In this document: piece after piece, positions 37,050-46,306 of the stretch
How positions within the stretch are numbered: position 1 is the stretch's first letter
Layout of the letters: each line of letters begins with the position of its first letter
Origin: an uncultured Syntrophomonadaceae bacterium
GTDB taxonomy: Bacteria; Bacillota; Dethiobacteria; DTU022
Reading direction: 5' to 3'
DNA: 64,000 nt
NCBI GenBank assembly: GCA_964420065.1
Contig: CAYQQK010000007.1
Location: 5,462-69,461 of the forward strand
Made by a program: the position numbers and the translations under genes
Notes under the pieces: model-generated
What the model was told of the DNA's origin: nothing
Database searches by the model: none
Seen by the model: only the letters and a program-made list of their open reading frames with translations

Positions 37050-37361
37050 GAGACAGACGACGAATATTTTCTTGACATATTGAAGCACATGATCAAAAAT
37101 TTTCATCCTTATGAACCGGATATTTTTACCTGCCGGAGAAGGCACTACGGCTTGGTTCAACCGGGTCTTTCGAAATACAGGTGTTGTATACTGCCGGACT
37201 TTCCCCGGATTCCGTCTGTTTTTACCTTCCCCTTTTAAAAGGTTTTGATCGGCGGGGATACAGTGTTCAGAAGTTGCGTCGGCCGGACCGATCTACCCGG
37301 CGGTGATGGTGCGGAATTTCCGTATAATCCGGAGCGTCTTTTTCAGAAGCCGCCGTTTGTA

Positions 37362-37390
37362 TTGACTTTTTGACCACGCTTGTGTATACT
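37362..37390 (+). promoter_or_regulatory. sigmaA promoter of the tRNA operon
   Basis: TTGACT-17 nt-TATACT, 14 nt before tRNA-Asp. Confidence 0.7.
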
Positions 37391-37404
37391 GGTGACGATG
37401 TCGG

Positions 37405-37481
37405 GGAGCTGTGGTGTAGTTGGTTAACATACCGGCCTGTCAAGCCGGAGACCGCGGGTTCAAGCCCCGTCAGCTCCGCCA
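37405..37481 (+). tRNA. tRNA-Asp(GTC)
   Basis: GGAGCTG/CAGCTCC acceptor, CCGGC-CTGTCAA-GCCGG anticodon arm, CCA. Confidence 0.97.
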
Positions 37482-37483
37482 TC

Positions 37484-37559
<76 letters not shown>

Positions 37560-37564
37560 TTCGG

Positions 37565-37639
37565 GCGGAAGTGGCTCAGTGGTAGAGCATCGCCTTGCCA
37601 AGGCGAGGGCCGCGGGTTCGAATCCCGTCTTCCGCTCCA
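37565..37639 (+). tRNA. tRNA-Gly(GCC)
   Basis: GCGGAAG acceptor, TCGCC-TTGCCAA-GGCGA, CCA. Confidence 0.97.
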
Positions 37640-37647
37640 TTTTTTAT

Positions 37648-37722
37648 GGCGACATAGCCAAGTGGTAAGGCAGAGGACTGCAAATCCTCGATTCCCCGGT
37701 TCAAATCCGGGTGTCGCCTCCA
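37648..37722 (+). tRNA. tRNA-Cys(GCA)
   Basis: GGCGACA acceptor, GAGGA-CTGCAAA-TCCTC, CCA. Confidence 0.97.
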
Positions 37723-37732
37723 TTTTTTTTTT

Positions 37733-37823
37733 GCCGGGATGGCGGAACAGGCAGACGCAAGGGACTTAAAATCCCTCGGGTACACACTTACCCGTACCGG
37801 TTCGATTCCGGTTCCCGGCACCA
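37733..37823 (+). tRNA. tRNA-Leu(TAA)
   Basis: GCCGGGA acceptor, AGGGA-CTTAAAA-TCCCT, long variable arm, CCA. Confidence 0.97.
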
Positions 37824-37847
37824 CCCGATCTCATCGATTTCATTTTT

Positions 37848-37876
37848 AAGGCAGATCTTGTTTCTGCCTTGTTTTT
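37848..37876 (+). terminator. Terminator of the tRNA operon
   Basis: AAGGCAGA-TCTTGTT-TCTGCCTT then GTTTTT. Confidence 0.7.
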
Positions 37877-38085
37877 AATTGTTATCAGTTATGTTTTCAT
37901 ACTGTTACCACCAGGGTTTGGCAAGAAAGGAACCGGTCAATTACCGGACGCCCGGGTTGAGGCGGCCTTTTATTTTTTCGGTGTATTCTCGGTAGCCCGG
38001 CAGCTCCTTTTGCAGCGCTCGATCTTCCGGATGGGTGCGTGTTTGTGATAAACTAATAAGGTTTCCATTGAAGAAAAGAGAACAA

Positions 38086-40002
38086 ATGATGATCAAAAGA
38101 AATCAAATCATAAACATTGCCGTTATCGCCCACGTTGATGCGGGCAAATCCACCCTGGTTGATGCCTTTCTTGCCCAAAGCGGTATTTTCCGGGAAAACG
38201 AACAGGTGATGGACTGTGTGATGGATTCGAACGACCTCGAAAGGGAACGGGGCATCACGATCTATTCCAAAAACTGTTCCATCATGCACGAAGGTTACAA
38301 GATCAACATTATCGACACACCCGGGCACGCCGATTTTTCTTCCGAAGTGGAGCGTATTATCAAGACCGTTGATACGGTTATACTTCTGGTTGACTCCTCG
38401 GAAGGACCGATGCCGCAGACGCGTTTTGTTTTGCAAAAATCGTTGGAGCAGGGTTTGATTCCGATTCTGCTGATCAATAAAATAGACAAAAAAGACGCAC
38501 GGATAAACGAAGTCGTGGATGAAGTCTACGAACTGTTCATGGACCTGGGCGCGACGGATGCACAATTGGATTTCAAGATTTTGTACGGTATTGCCAGGCA
38601 GGGAGTTGTTGTACGCGACCCGGCGGAGGTAAGGGACATTGCTGTTCAGTCGGGCCACATGAAAATAAAGAAAAGCGCTTCAGGACATAGCGGTTTCAGT
38701 ATCGCGCCGCTTTTTGATGCGATTATTGAACAGGTAAAGGGATACCCCGACCGGTCCGGTGAACCTCTCCAGTTCCAGATATCGTCCCTGGGGTACGATG
38801 ATTATGTCGGACGCCTGGGTATCGGCCGGATAGACAAAGGGTCTATCCACAGCGGTCAAATTGTTGCAGTGGTAGGCTCTGATGGCAACAGCCGGCTCCA
38901 CAAGGTCAGCCGGACTTATGTTTACAAGGGGTTAAAAAGATCGGAAGAGCACCGTGTTTTCTGCGGTGACATTTGTGTCGTATCCGGGCTGGCCGATATC
39001 ACGATCGGCGATACGATCTGTGACGAAGCCCATCCGGTCCGACTGCCGTCAATCAAGATCGAAGAACCGACAATGAGCATGAACTTTATAGTCAACACAT
39101 CTCCTTTTGCCGGTAGAGAGGGTAAATTTGTAACGACACGGCATATAAAAGAGCGGTTGGAAAAGGAGCTGGAGGTCAACGTCGGTTTGCTGGTTGAACC
39201 GACGGATTCCACCGACGCGTTCAAGGTTTCCGGTCGTGGCGAGCTCCATCTTTCGGTTTTGATCGAGAACATGAGGCGGGAAGGATATGAGTTCTCGGTT
39301 TCCAAACCGGAGGTGATCTTTAAAAAAGGTCCCGGGGGGCATAAAACCGAGCCGGTTGAGGAGGTGGTGATTGAAGTACCGGAGCAATATACCGGAGGGA
39401 TCATCTCCGAACTCAATCTTCGCAAGGGGATCATGAAGAGTATGGACGGAAAGAACGGGCGTTCAAGATTAATCTATACGGCGCCCACGCGTGGGCTTTT
39501 GGGCTTCAGAAGTTTATTTATCAACCAAACGCGGGGCGAAGGGACCATGGTCCGGCGTTTTTATGCCTATGAAGCATACAAGGGCGGGATTACCGAAAGA
39601 GCGAACGGGGTTGTTATTGCGCAAGAGGAAGGCGTGACGACGCCGTATGCATTGGTGAATATCAGCGAGCGGGCGGAAATGTTTGTAGCGCCCGGCACGC
39701 ACGTCTACGAAGGAATGATCGTGGGACTTAACAGTCGACACGAGGATATGGTTGTAAACCCGTGCAAGGCCAAAAAAGCCAGCAACATGCGCGCCGCAGG
39801 CAGTGACGAAGCCGTCAAATTGTCTCCCCACAGGGTTTTTTCACTGGAAGAGGCGCTGGAGTTTATCAATGGTGATGAACTTGTCGAAATTACTCCTTTG
39901 AACATCAGGCTTCGTAAAATGTTTCTGCAGGAAATAGAACGCAGAAGATCCGATCGACTTGCAGGTGGGAAAAAGCATAATGAAAATAAAATGAAATGGT
40001 GA
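38086..40002 (+). CDS. typA: Translational GTPase TypA/BipA
   Basis: [72 protein letters not shown]. Confidence 0.95.
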   Translation: MMIKRNQIINIAVIAHVDAGKSTLVDAFLAQSGIFRENEQVMDCVMDSNDLERERGITIYSKNCSIMHEGYKINIIDTPGHADFSSEVERIIKTVDTVILLVDSSEGPMPQTRFVLQKSLEQGLIPILLINKIDKKDARINEVVDEVYELFMDLGATDAQLDFKILYGIARQGVVVRDPAEVRDIAVQSGHMKIKKSASGHSGFSIAPLFDAIIEQVKGYPDRSGEPLQFQISSLGYDDYVGRLGIGRIDKGSIHSGQIVAVVGSDGNSRLHKVSRTYVYKGLKRSEEHRVFCGDICVVSGLADITIGDTICDEAHPVRLPSIKIEEPTMSMNFIVNTSPFAGREGKFVTTRHIKERLEKELEVNVGLLVEPTDSTDAFKVSGRGELHLSVLIENMRREGYEFSVSKPEVIFKKGPGGHKTEPVEEVVIEVPEQYTGGIISELNLRKGIMKSMDGKNGRSRLIYTAPTRGLLGFRSLFINQTRGEGTMVRRFYAYEAYKGGITERANGVVIAQEEGVTTPYALVNISERAEMFVAPGTHVYEGMIVGLNSRHEDMVVNPCKAKKASNMRAAGSDEAVKLSPHRVFSLEEALEFINGDELVEITPLNIRLRKMFLQEIERRRSDRLAGGKKHNENKMKW

Positions 40003-40012
40003 TCAGTGTTCA

Positions 40013-40228
40013 ATGAAAATTGGAGCCCGGACAATTAAAACCGGTTTGGTGGTTACATTGACCATACTATTGGTTAATGTCCTGGAAACAAAACTTGATA
40101 TTACGGCATATAATATTGCCGGGATGGCGGCCATTACAGCAATAATAGGCATGCAGCCTTCCATCAGGGGTAGTCTCGAGACCTTTAGGAACAGGTTAAT
40201 CGCTACTTTTTATTGGTACTTTTGTTGA
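40013..40228 (+). pseudogene. Truncated aromatic-acid-exporter (YgaE/FUSC-like) gene fragment
   Basis: MKIGARTIKTG...AAITAIIGMQPSIRGSL..FRNRLIATF matches the family N-terminus; reading then shifts in the T run at 40207-40211 and stops after 71 aa; the other frame also stops within about 25 codons. Confidence 0.7.
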
Positions 40229-40253
40229 CAGCCGTTTACACTTTGCTATAATT
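40226..40253 (+). promoter_or_regulatory. Strong sigmaA promoter for the NifB/NifX-family gene
   Basis: TTGACA (40226-40231), 16 nt ending in TG-C, TATAAT (40248-40253). Confidence 0.7.
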
Positions 40254-40307
40254 ATGGGCATAAGTCAACAACCAACCGGTTATTGACATTACGGAAAAGA
40301 GGGCTAA

Positions 40308-40697
40308 GTGATGATTGTGGCAATTGCAACGGATAAAGGTTGTGTATCACCGCATTTCGGGAGATGTCAGGCCTATACGATGGTAACTATCGCGGGTGGA
40401 AAAGTTGTTACAAAAGAAGAACTGGCCAACCCCGGGCATGCACCGGGTGCAATTCCTGAATACTTGAATAAAAAAGGCGTAAAAAAAGTAATCTGTGGCG
40501 GCATCGGTGCAAAAGCGATGGCACTTTTCGGGCAGTATGGGATTGAAATAATAGCGGGTGTGGAAAATACGGTTGAAAATGTGATCACGGGTCTTCTGAA
40601 AGGAACACTTACCGGTGGGGATAGTCTTTGCCGGCCGGGCGACGGACGCGGGTACGGCATTGAAAAAACGGAATGTGAGCACACCGACGAGGAATAG
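40308..40697 (+). CDS. NifB/NifX-family Mo-Fe cluster-binding domain protein
   Basis: VSPHFGRCQAY, NPGH.PG, VICGGIG..AM..F...GIEI, CRPGDG. Confidence 0.88.
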   Translation: MMIVAIATDKGCVSPHFGRCQAYTMVTIAGGKVVTKEELANPGHAPGAIPEYLNKKGVKKVICGGIGAKAMALFGQYGIEIIAGVENTVENVITGLLKGTLTGGDSLCRPGDGRGYGIEKTECEHTDEE

Positions 40698-40834
40698 GAA
40701 TGTGGATTATAGTGGTAAGCAACCGGGTTTAATGGGCGCACTTTCCTTAAAGCATACCATCTCCCGATCTGATTACTTTAAATGGTATTCCTGCCAACAG
40801 CACTGACCTATGGTAAAATCAATGTAAAAGGAGA

Positions 40835-41665
40835 GTGCCTGAAAAAATGGACCTGCCGGAAAGAATCGTGGTTAAAGGGGCCGGGGATTTGGGCACCGGG
40901 GTGGCCCACCGCCTTTGGAGTTCCGGGTTTGAAGTAATTTTACTGGAATTGCCCGGCCCGCTGGTGGTCCGTCGGGGTGCGGCATTTGCCACGGCGGTTT
41001 TTACGGAGAGTTGGACGGTGGAGGGAGTAACCGCCCGCCTTTGCCACTCTCCCGAAAAAGTGGAAACAGCCCTGGCCCGGCGCGAGGTGGCGTTGCTGGT
41101 AGACCCGAAGGGGGAATACATTCGCAAGCATACGCCCGGGGTCCTGGTGGATGCGATCATGGCCAAGCGTAATACCGGGACCAGCCGTCATGACGCCCCG
41201 GCGGTGATTGCTCTTGGTCCCGGCTTTCGCGCTCCGGAAGAAGTGCATGCCGTAGTGGAAACACAGCGGGGCCCGGATCTGGGCCGGGTATACTACCACG
41301 GGAGTGCTGCTACAGATAGCGGAGTGCCGGGGGATGTGGCCGGAATGAAGATCGAACGACTGCTTCGGGCCCCGGCGGAAGGATTATTTGAACCGCTTAA
41401 AAAGATTGGAGAGCTGGTTAAGCAGGGGGAGACGGTGGCCCGGGTTGAGGGAGAACCTGTTGTTGCCCAAATTGACGGACTTTTACGGGGTCTCCTCTAC
41501 GCCGGTTTGCCGGTTCAAAAGGGGATGAAAGTTGGCGATGTTGATCCGCGGGGGGCAGCGATCAACTGGCGTGCTGTATCGGACAAGGCCCGCGCGGTTG
41601 GCGGTGGGACCCTGGAAGCGCTGCTGCATCTCTCCTGCCCGGAAAAATTTGCGAACGCCGATTGA
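40835..41665 (+). CDS. yqeB: Selenium-dependent molybdenum hydroxylase system protein YqeB
   Basis: VKGAGDLGTGVAHRL, PLVVRRGAAF, VDAIMAKRNTGT, IALGPGF, VETQRG.DLG, RLLRAP, GMKVGDVDPRG, ISDK-like VSDKARAVGGG. Confidence 0.9.
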   Translation: MPEKMDLPERIVVKGAGDLGTGVAHRLWSSGFEVILLELPGPLVVRRGAAFATAVFTESWTVEGVTARLCHSPEKVETALARREVALLVDPKGEYIRKHTPGVLVDAIMAKRNTGTSRHDAPAVIALGPGFRAPEEVHAVVETQRGPDLGRVYYHGSAATDSGVPGDVAGMKIERLLRAPAEGLFEPLKKIGELVKQGETVARVEGEPVVAQIDGLLRGLLYAGLPVQKGMKVGDVDPRGAAINWRAVSDKARAVGGGTLEALLHLSCPEKFANAD

Positions 41666-41729
41666 TTTTTGACAGTCGTTATACTTTTTGGGCAATAACG
41701 GCTCTTTGGTGAGGGAGACGTGATGGTAA

Positions 41730-42551
41730 ATGAATCTAACGGTTTATCGTAAGGTAGTGGAGCTGCTGGAAAAAGGAGAACCGGCGGCGCTGGTGACGGT
41801 AGTCCAGGTCACCGGCTCGGCGTCGGGGAAGCCCGGTTTTAAAATGGTGGTGGATTCCCGGGGTGAAGCGATGGGAACCGTAGGCGGGGGACAGATCGAG
41901 ATCGTGGCTCTGCGGGAAGCCCGCCGGGCGATGGCCGAAGGAAATCCGCGTCAGTTTACCTACGAGTTGACGTCCGAGGAGGCGGGGGGTATCGGGATGC
42001 TCTGCGGGGGAAAAACCACCCTCATGATCGAACCGCTTTTCCCTCCGGCGGAGATGGTTATTTTTGGCGCCGGTCACATTGCCCAACCGCTGGCGGCCAT
42101 GGGCAAAATGCTCGGGTTTGCGATTACGGTTATAGATGATCGGGAAGAATTCTGCAACCGGCAGCGTTTCCCGGAAGCAAGCCGGCTTCTTGTTGCCGGG
42201 CTGGAGGAGGTAAGAGATCGGCTTGCTTTGCATAGCAATAGTTACGTCATTATCGTCACCAGGGGGCATGCCGGGGATCAGCTGGCACTGGAGCAGACCC
42301 TGCGCAGCTCCGTTCGTTACCTGGGGATGATCGGCAGCCGGCGCAAAATAGAGGCTATTTTTGCCAACCTGCGCGAGAAGGGTTTCAAGGACGAGGAGCT
42401 GGCCCGTGTTTACAGCCCCATCGGCCTGGGTATCGGGGCTCAAACTCCGCCGGAGATTGCTTTAAGTATCTGTGCAGAAATTGTGGCTGTCAAGTATGGT
42501 CAATGCGCGTGCCCGGGGGGTCGGGAAAGGAGAAAAGGCGGTGAACTATAG
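41730..42551 (+). CDS. xdhC: XdhC/CoxI-family molybdenum cofactor insertion chaperone
   Basis: GSASGKPG.KM, GTVGGG, GMLCGG, IFGAGHIA, IDDREEF, VTRGH, YLGMIGSRRK, PIGL.IGAQTPPEIA. Confidence 0.88.
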   Translation: MNLTVYRKVVELLEKGEPAALVTVVQVTGSASGKPGFKMVVDSRGEAMGTVGGGQIEIVALREARRAMAEGNPRQFTYELTSEEAGGIGMLCGGKTTLMIEPLFPPAEMVIFGAGHIAQPLAAMGKMLGFAITVIDDREEFCNRQRFPEASRLLVAGLEEVRDRLALHSNSYVIIVTRGHAGDQLALEQTLRSSVRYLGMIGSRRKIEAIFANLREKGFKDEELARVYSPIGLGIGAQTPPEIALSICAEIVAVKYGQCACPGGRERRKGGEL

Positions 42552-42894
42552 CCCTAACTGTAAACTTTGGATTGAGAAAGAGGGTAAAAAAGTTTTCGGT
42601 GACGGGCCCTGTGATATTTTGGTCCGGATCCGGCGTAGTGGTTCCCTGCGGACCGCCGCTGCCGAGATCAATATGTCCTATAGTCAGGCCTGGCGGCTGT
42701 TGGATTCGCTGGACCGCAAGCTTGGTTTCCCACTTTTGGTCAGGCGGGTCGGGGGGCTGGAAGGCGGCGGTTCGGAGCTCACTGCAGAAGGGGAAGACCT
42801 CATCCGCCGTTATACCGGTTACCGCCGTGAAGCAAAAAAGGTATTGCATGATCTGTTTGCAAAACATTTCGGACCACAGGCAGGAAACGAATAA
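42541..42894 (+). CDS. ModE N-terminal-type winged-helix regulator (no Mop domain)
   Basis: KLWIE...FGDG...L..I...GSLRTAAAEINMSYSQAW, GG.EGGGSELT. Confidence 0.85.
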   Translation: MNYSPNCKLWIEKEGKKVFGDGPCDILVRIRRSGSLRTAAAEINMSYSQAWRLLDSLDRKLGFPLLVRRVGGLEGGGSELTAEGEDLIRRYTGYRREAKKVLHDLFAKHFGPQAGNE

Positions 42895-44310
42895 ATGGAC
42901 CTGACAGCACCGCAATCGGAACTGCTATCGGTCTGGCGGGCCCTATCCGGTCTTGAGCCGGGACTGGCGGCTATGTACGGTGCGGGCGGTAAAACTTCCT
43001 TGTTGAATCACCTCTCTGATGCAGCGGTTGCATCGGGTCGGGAAACGGTTTATACCACCACCACCCACATCCGCCCCCGGGACCGGGTCGGGTTGATTTT
43101 GAGCGAGGGCCGCCCCTGGCAGGAACTGATCGCCACTTTACGGGCGCAGTTGGCCCGGGAAAGGTTGGTGGCCCTGGCGGGATGTTTGTTGCCGGAAAGG
43201 AAACTGCGCGGGGTCGAGCCGGCCTTGCTCGAGCGCCTGCAAGCTGTTTTTCCCGAAGCCGTTTTCCTGGTGGAGGCCGATGGAGCCGCCGGGCGATCAT
43301 TGAAAGGATATGCTTCGCATGAGCCGGTGCTTCCACCGCGATCAAACCTGATCTTTCCGGTGCTGGGGCTGTCCGCGCTCGGTTCTCCAGCCGGTCCGGA
43401 GGTGGTACACCGACCGGAGCACCTGCTGCCGGCCCTGGGGCTTTCCCCGGGTCAAATCCTGACCGCAACCGATTTGATCCGGGCCATGCTTTACCTGATC
43501 CGCCACGGCCTGCGGCAGGCGCCGCAGGCGGAGGTGATCCCCGTCTTTAATCAGGCGGACCGGATCGAAGGGATGGAGGCGGAACTGTTGCCGGAAACCT
43601 GTGCCGGTCTGCAGGACTGTCCGGCGGTACAACGGTTTATCTATACCGCTTTGCAGAAAAAACCGCTGCTGCGCTTTTTTCTGGAACGCGACCCGCAGAC
43701 CGGTCGTTTTGTCATCCCGGTTAGCGCGGTGATACTGGCCGCCGGCTTGTCGGAGCGCATGGGTTGTGACAAGCTGGCCCTTACTTTTCGGGGAAAAACC
43801 GTGCTTGAACATACTGTCGAACAGGCTGCATCCGCCGGTTTACGGGAAGTGATCGTCGTCGTGCGTCCAGACAGTCCCTGGCCGGAAAAACTTGCCTGCC
43901 GGCTCGGGGTACGGGTGGTATGTAACCCGCGTTTTCGGGAGGGGATCGCTTCATCATTGCAGGCCGGTCTGGCGGCGGCAACGGCGGGTAACCAGGCGGT
44001 ATTATTTGTCCTGGGGGATCAGCCCCTGGTTTCTGCTGCCGTCTACCGGGCGCTGGTGGCGGCTTACCGGAGTTGTCCGGCACCGGTGATCCATCCGGCC
44101 TACCGCGGCCGCCGGGGAAACCCGGTTCTATTCGATCGCCGGACCTGGCCATACCTGTTTCAGTTGCAGGGAGATACCGGGGGCAGACAGATCTTTCCCC
44201 GGCTTGACCCAACTGATATAAATGTGATTGAAACCGACGACCCGTCCGTATGTATGGATCTGGACTGCCCGGAAGATTACCGCCGCCTGCAGGAACAAAA
44301 GGGCTTCTAG
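42895..44310 (+). CDS. yqeC: YqeC (selenium cofactor protein) fused to MocA/YgfJ-type molybdenum cofactor cytidylyltransferase
   Basis: N-terminal GAGGKTSL, TTTTHI, LVEADGA.GRSLK...HEPVLP; C-terminal VILAAGLSERMGCDKL, GIASSL, LGDQPLV, GNPVLF, GDTGGR, DLDCPEDY. Confidence 0.85.
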   Translation: MDLTAPQSELLSVWRALSGLEPGLAAMYGAGGKTSLLNHLSDAAVASGRETVYTTTTHIRPRDRVGLILSEGRPWQELIATLRAQLARERLVALAGCLLPERKLRGVEPALLERLQAVFPEAVFLVEADGAAGRSLKGYASHEPVLPPRSNLIFPVLGLSALGSPAGPEVVHRPEHLLPALGLSPGQILTATDLIRAMLYLIRHGLRQAPQAEVIPVFNQADRIEGMEAELLPETCAGLQDCPAVQRFIYTALQKKPLLRFFLERDPQTGRFVIPVSAVILAAGLSERMGCDKLALTFRGKTVLEHTVEQAASAGLREVIVVVRPDSPWPEKLACRLGVRVVCNPRFREGIASSLQAGLAAATAGNQAVLFVLGDQPLVSAAVYRALVAAYRSCPAPVIHPAYRGRRGNPVLFDRRTWPYLFQLQGDTGGRQIFPRLDPTDINVIETDDPSVCMDLDCPEDYRRLQEQKGF

Positions 44311-44452
44311 CCCCTGAAATGTTCCATCCCGACCGCAATGGGCCGGGGGCGGTTTGCGAACGGCTTCATCCCGATCATCCCCGCCCCACTTCATCCGTTA
44401 TGATCATGATCTCTTTTGCGCGCTACCGAGGCGATCATGAGCTTTCATGACC

Positions 44453-44543
44453 GATACAACTTTGTCCAAACAGCAGGATATTGTGTGATTTGTATCGAAC
44501 CAGAGAACATTGGATACAAAATTTTGTCAGGGCCTGCTATAAT
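44453..44543 (+). promoter_or_regulatory. opp promoter with three GATACAA motifs
   Basis: GATACAA at 44453-44459; inverted pair TTTGTATC (44489-44496)-N16-GATACAAA (44513-44520); extended -10 TG-C-TATAAT at 44535-44543. Confidence 0.45.
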
Positions 44544-44592
44544 TTGCCGGATAGGCCGGGCCGGTTTTTAAGGTTGGCAAGAAGGGGGCACA

Positions 44593-46209
44593 ATGATGAA
44601 AAGGAAAAGCATAATTGCGGCAACGGTCGTCCTGTTTTTTTTGATTGTCACTGCTACCGGCTGTAACGATATCGCCATGGTAGAAGAACATGGGGAGGAA
44701 CAGTTCATTCGTTGCAACGTGGGTGCACCCCCCGAAAGTATCGATCCGGCGCTGTCGACGGGGTTGAATGAATTTAGCGTTCAGGTCCAGCTCTGGGAAG
44801 GTTTGACCAGGCTTGACCAAAACAGCCGGCCGCAACTGGCCGCGGCCGGGGAATATGAGGTGGACAGCAGCGGCACGGTGTATACTTTTCAACTTCGACC
44901 CGAAGCTCGGTGGTCAAACGGCGATCCTTTGACCGCTTCTGATTTTGAATACGCCTGGAAAAGGGTGCTTGATCCCGAAGTGGGCAGTGAATATGCCTAT
45001 ATGCTTTTTTACATTAAAAATGCGGCGGCTTATTACAGCGGCGAGGCGAAAGCGGAGGATATTGGCGTGAAGGCCCTCGACGAACAAACCCTGCAGGTTA
45101 CCCTGGAGGCGCCGCTTCCTTACTTCCTTGATCTTCTGGCTCTCCAGGTTTTTTTTCCCGTACATCGGGACACCGTTATCGCCGGCGGTGAAGGATGGGC
45201 CTTGCAAGCGAATACGATTGTCGGTAACGGCCCGTTCATGTTGGCAAATTGGACCGGTGAGCAGATGGAACTGGTGCCAAATGCGCACTATTGGGACCGC
45301 AAACTGGTGAAATTGGATCGTCTTGTTTTGACCATGGTTGCAAATGAGGCTACGGCGCTAACTTTGTATGAAACGGGCCACCTCGATGTGACCGGTGCAA
45401 TTCCCGGGCCGGAAATGCTGCGCCTGAAGGATGACGACGCTCTGCATATTTTCCCAGACCTTTCCATTTATTATTACATATTCAATACGGAACAACCTCC
45501 ACTGGATGATGTCAGGGTCCGCCGCGCCCTGGCCCTGGCCATTGACCGGGAGGCGATCACCGATCATCTGACCGGAGCCGGTGAGAAACCTGCCTACGGG
45601 CTGGTGCCGCCGGGGATAACCATGGCCGGGGGGGAGGATTTCCGGAAGAAAGCGGGTCACTGTTTTGACCATGATCCGGTTGAAGCGAAACGTTTGCTTG
45701 CCGAAGCGGGTTTTCCCGGCGGCGCCGGATTCCCACCCCTGGAAATTCTTTTTAACACTTCGGATGTTCACAAAGCGGTGGCCGAGGCCATACAGGAAAT
45801 GTGGGCCCGGGATCTCGGGTTGACCGGGATCACTATTGCCAGCGAGGATGTAGGAACTTACATCAACTCTCTCCGGACCGGCCGGTTCACGATTGCCCGC
45901 CTGGAATGGACGGCGGATTTCGCCGACCCGGTCAGCTTTCTTGATCTTTGGTCCGGTGAAAGCGGTTACAATTTTGGTCGGTGGAGCGACCCGGTTTACG
46001 ATACCCTGGTCGGTGATTTGAAGCAAACAGTCGTGGAACAGAATCGGGTTGAGCTGATGCTTGAAATAGAGCAGCTATGCATGGACGGCATGCCTGTTGC
46101 CCCGATTTTTTTCTCTTCGCAGCCGATGATGATTGCACCCGAAGTGAGGGGATACGTTAAACCGAGTATCGGCGGGATCGATTTTAAAACCGCTTTTCTT
46201 GCGCCCTAG
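44593..46209 (+). CDS. oppA: Peptide ABC transporter substrate-binding lipoprotein
   Basis: Lipobox TATGC, PESIDP, LWEGL, ARWSNGDPLTA.DF.YAW, GNGPF, VRRALALAIDR, W.ADFADP..FL. Confidence 0.93.
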   Translation: MMKRKSIIAATVVLFFLIVTATGCNDIAMVEEHGEEQFIRCNVGAPPESIDPALSTGLNEFSVQVQLWEGLTRLDQNSRPQLAAAGEYEVDSSGTVYTFQLRPEARWSNGDPLTASDFEYAWKRVLDPEVGSEYAYMLFYIKNAAAYYSGEAKAEDIGVKALDEQTLQVTLEAPLPYFLDLLALQVFFPVHRDTVIAGGEGWALQANTIVGNGPFMLANWTGEQMELVPNAHYWDRKLVKLDRLVLTMVANEATALTLYETGHLDVTGAIPGPEMLRLKDDDALHIFPDLSIYYYIFNTEQPPLDDVRVRRALALAIDREAITDHLTGAGEKPAYGLVPPGITMAGGEDFRKKAGHCFDHDPVEAKRLLAEAGFPGGAGFPPLEILFNTSDVHKAVAEAIQEMWARDLGLTGITIASEDVGTYINSLRTGRFTIARLEWTADFADPVSFLDLWSGESGYNFGRWSDPVYDTLVGDLKQTVVEQNRVELMLEIEQLCMDGMPVAPIFFSSQPMMIAPEVRGYVKPSIGGIDFKTAFLAP

Positions 46210-46306
46210 GCCTTTCCTTTTTGACCGGGTCAATAAAGCTTTATCCGGCGCCGGGGGGATCCGGGCAGGCCCGGGTATGCTTTCGATCATGTCCGGAGGG
46301 TTACGG

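Noticed and set aside
37050-37360. Short ORFs in the pyrB-tRNA intergenic region
   Set aside because: No SD, no recognisable motifs, no consistent frame.
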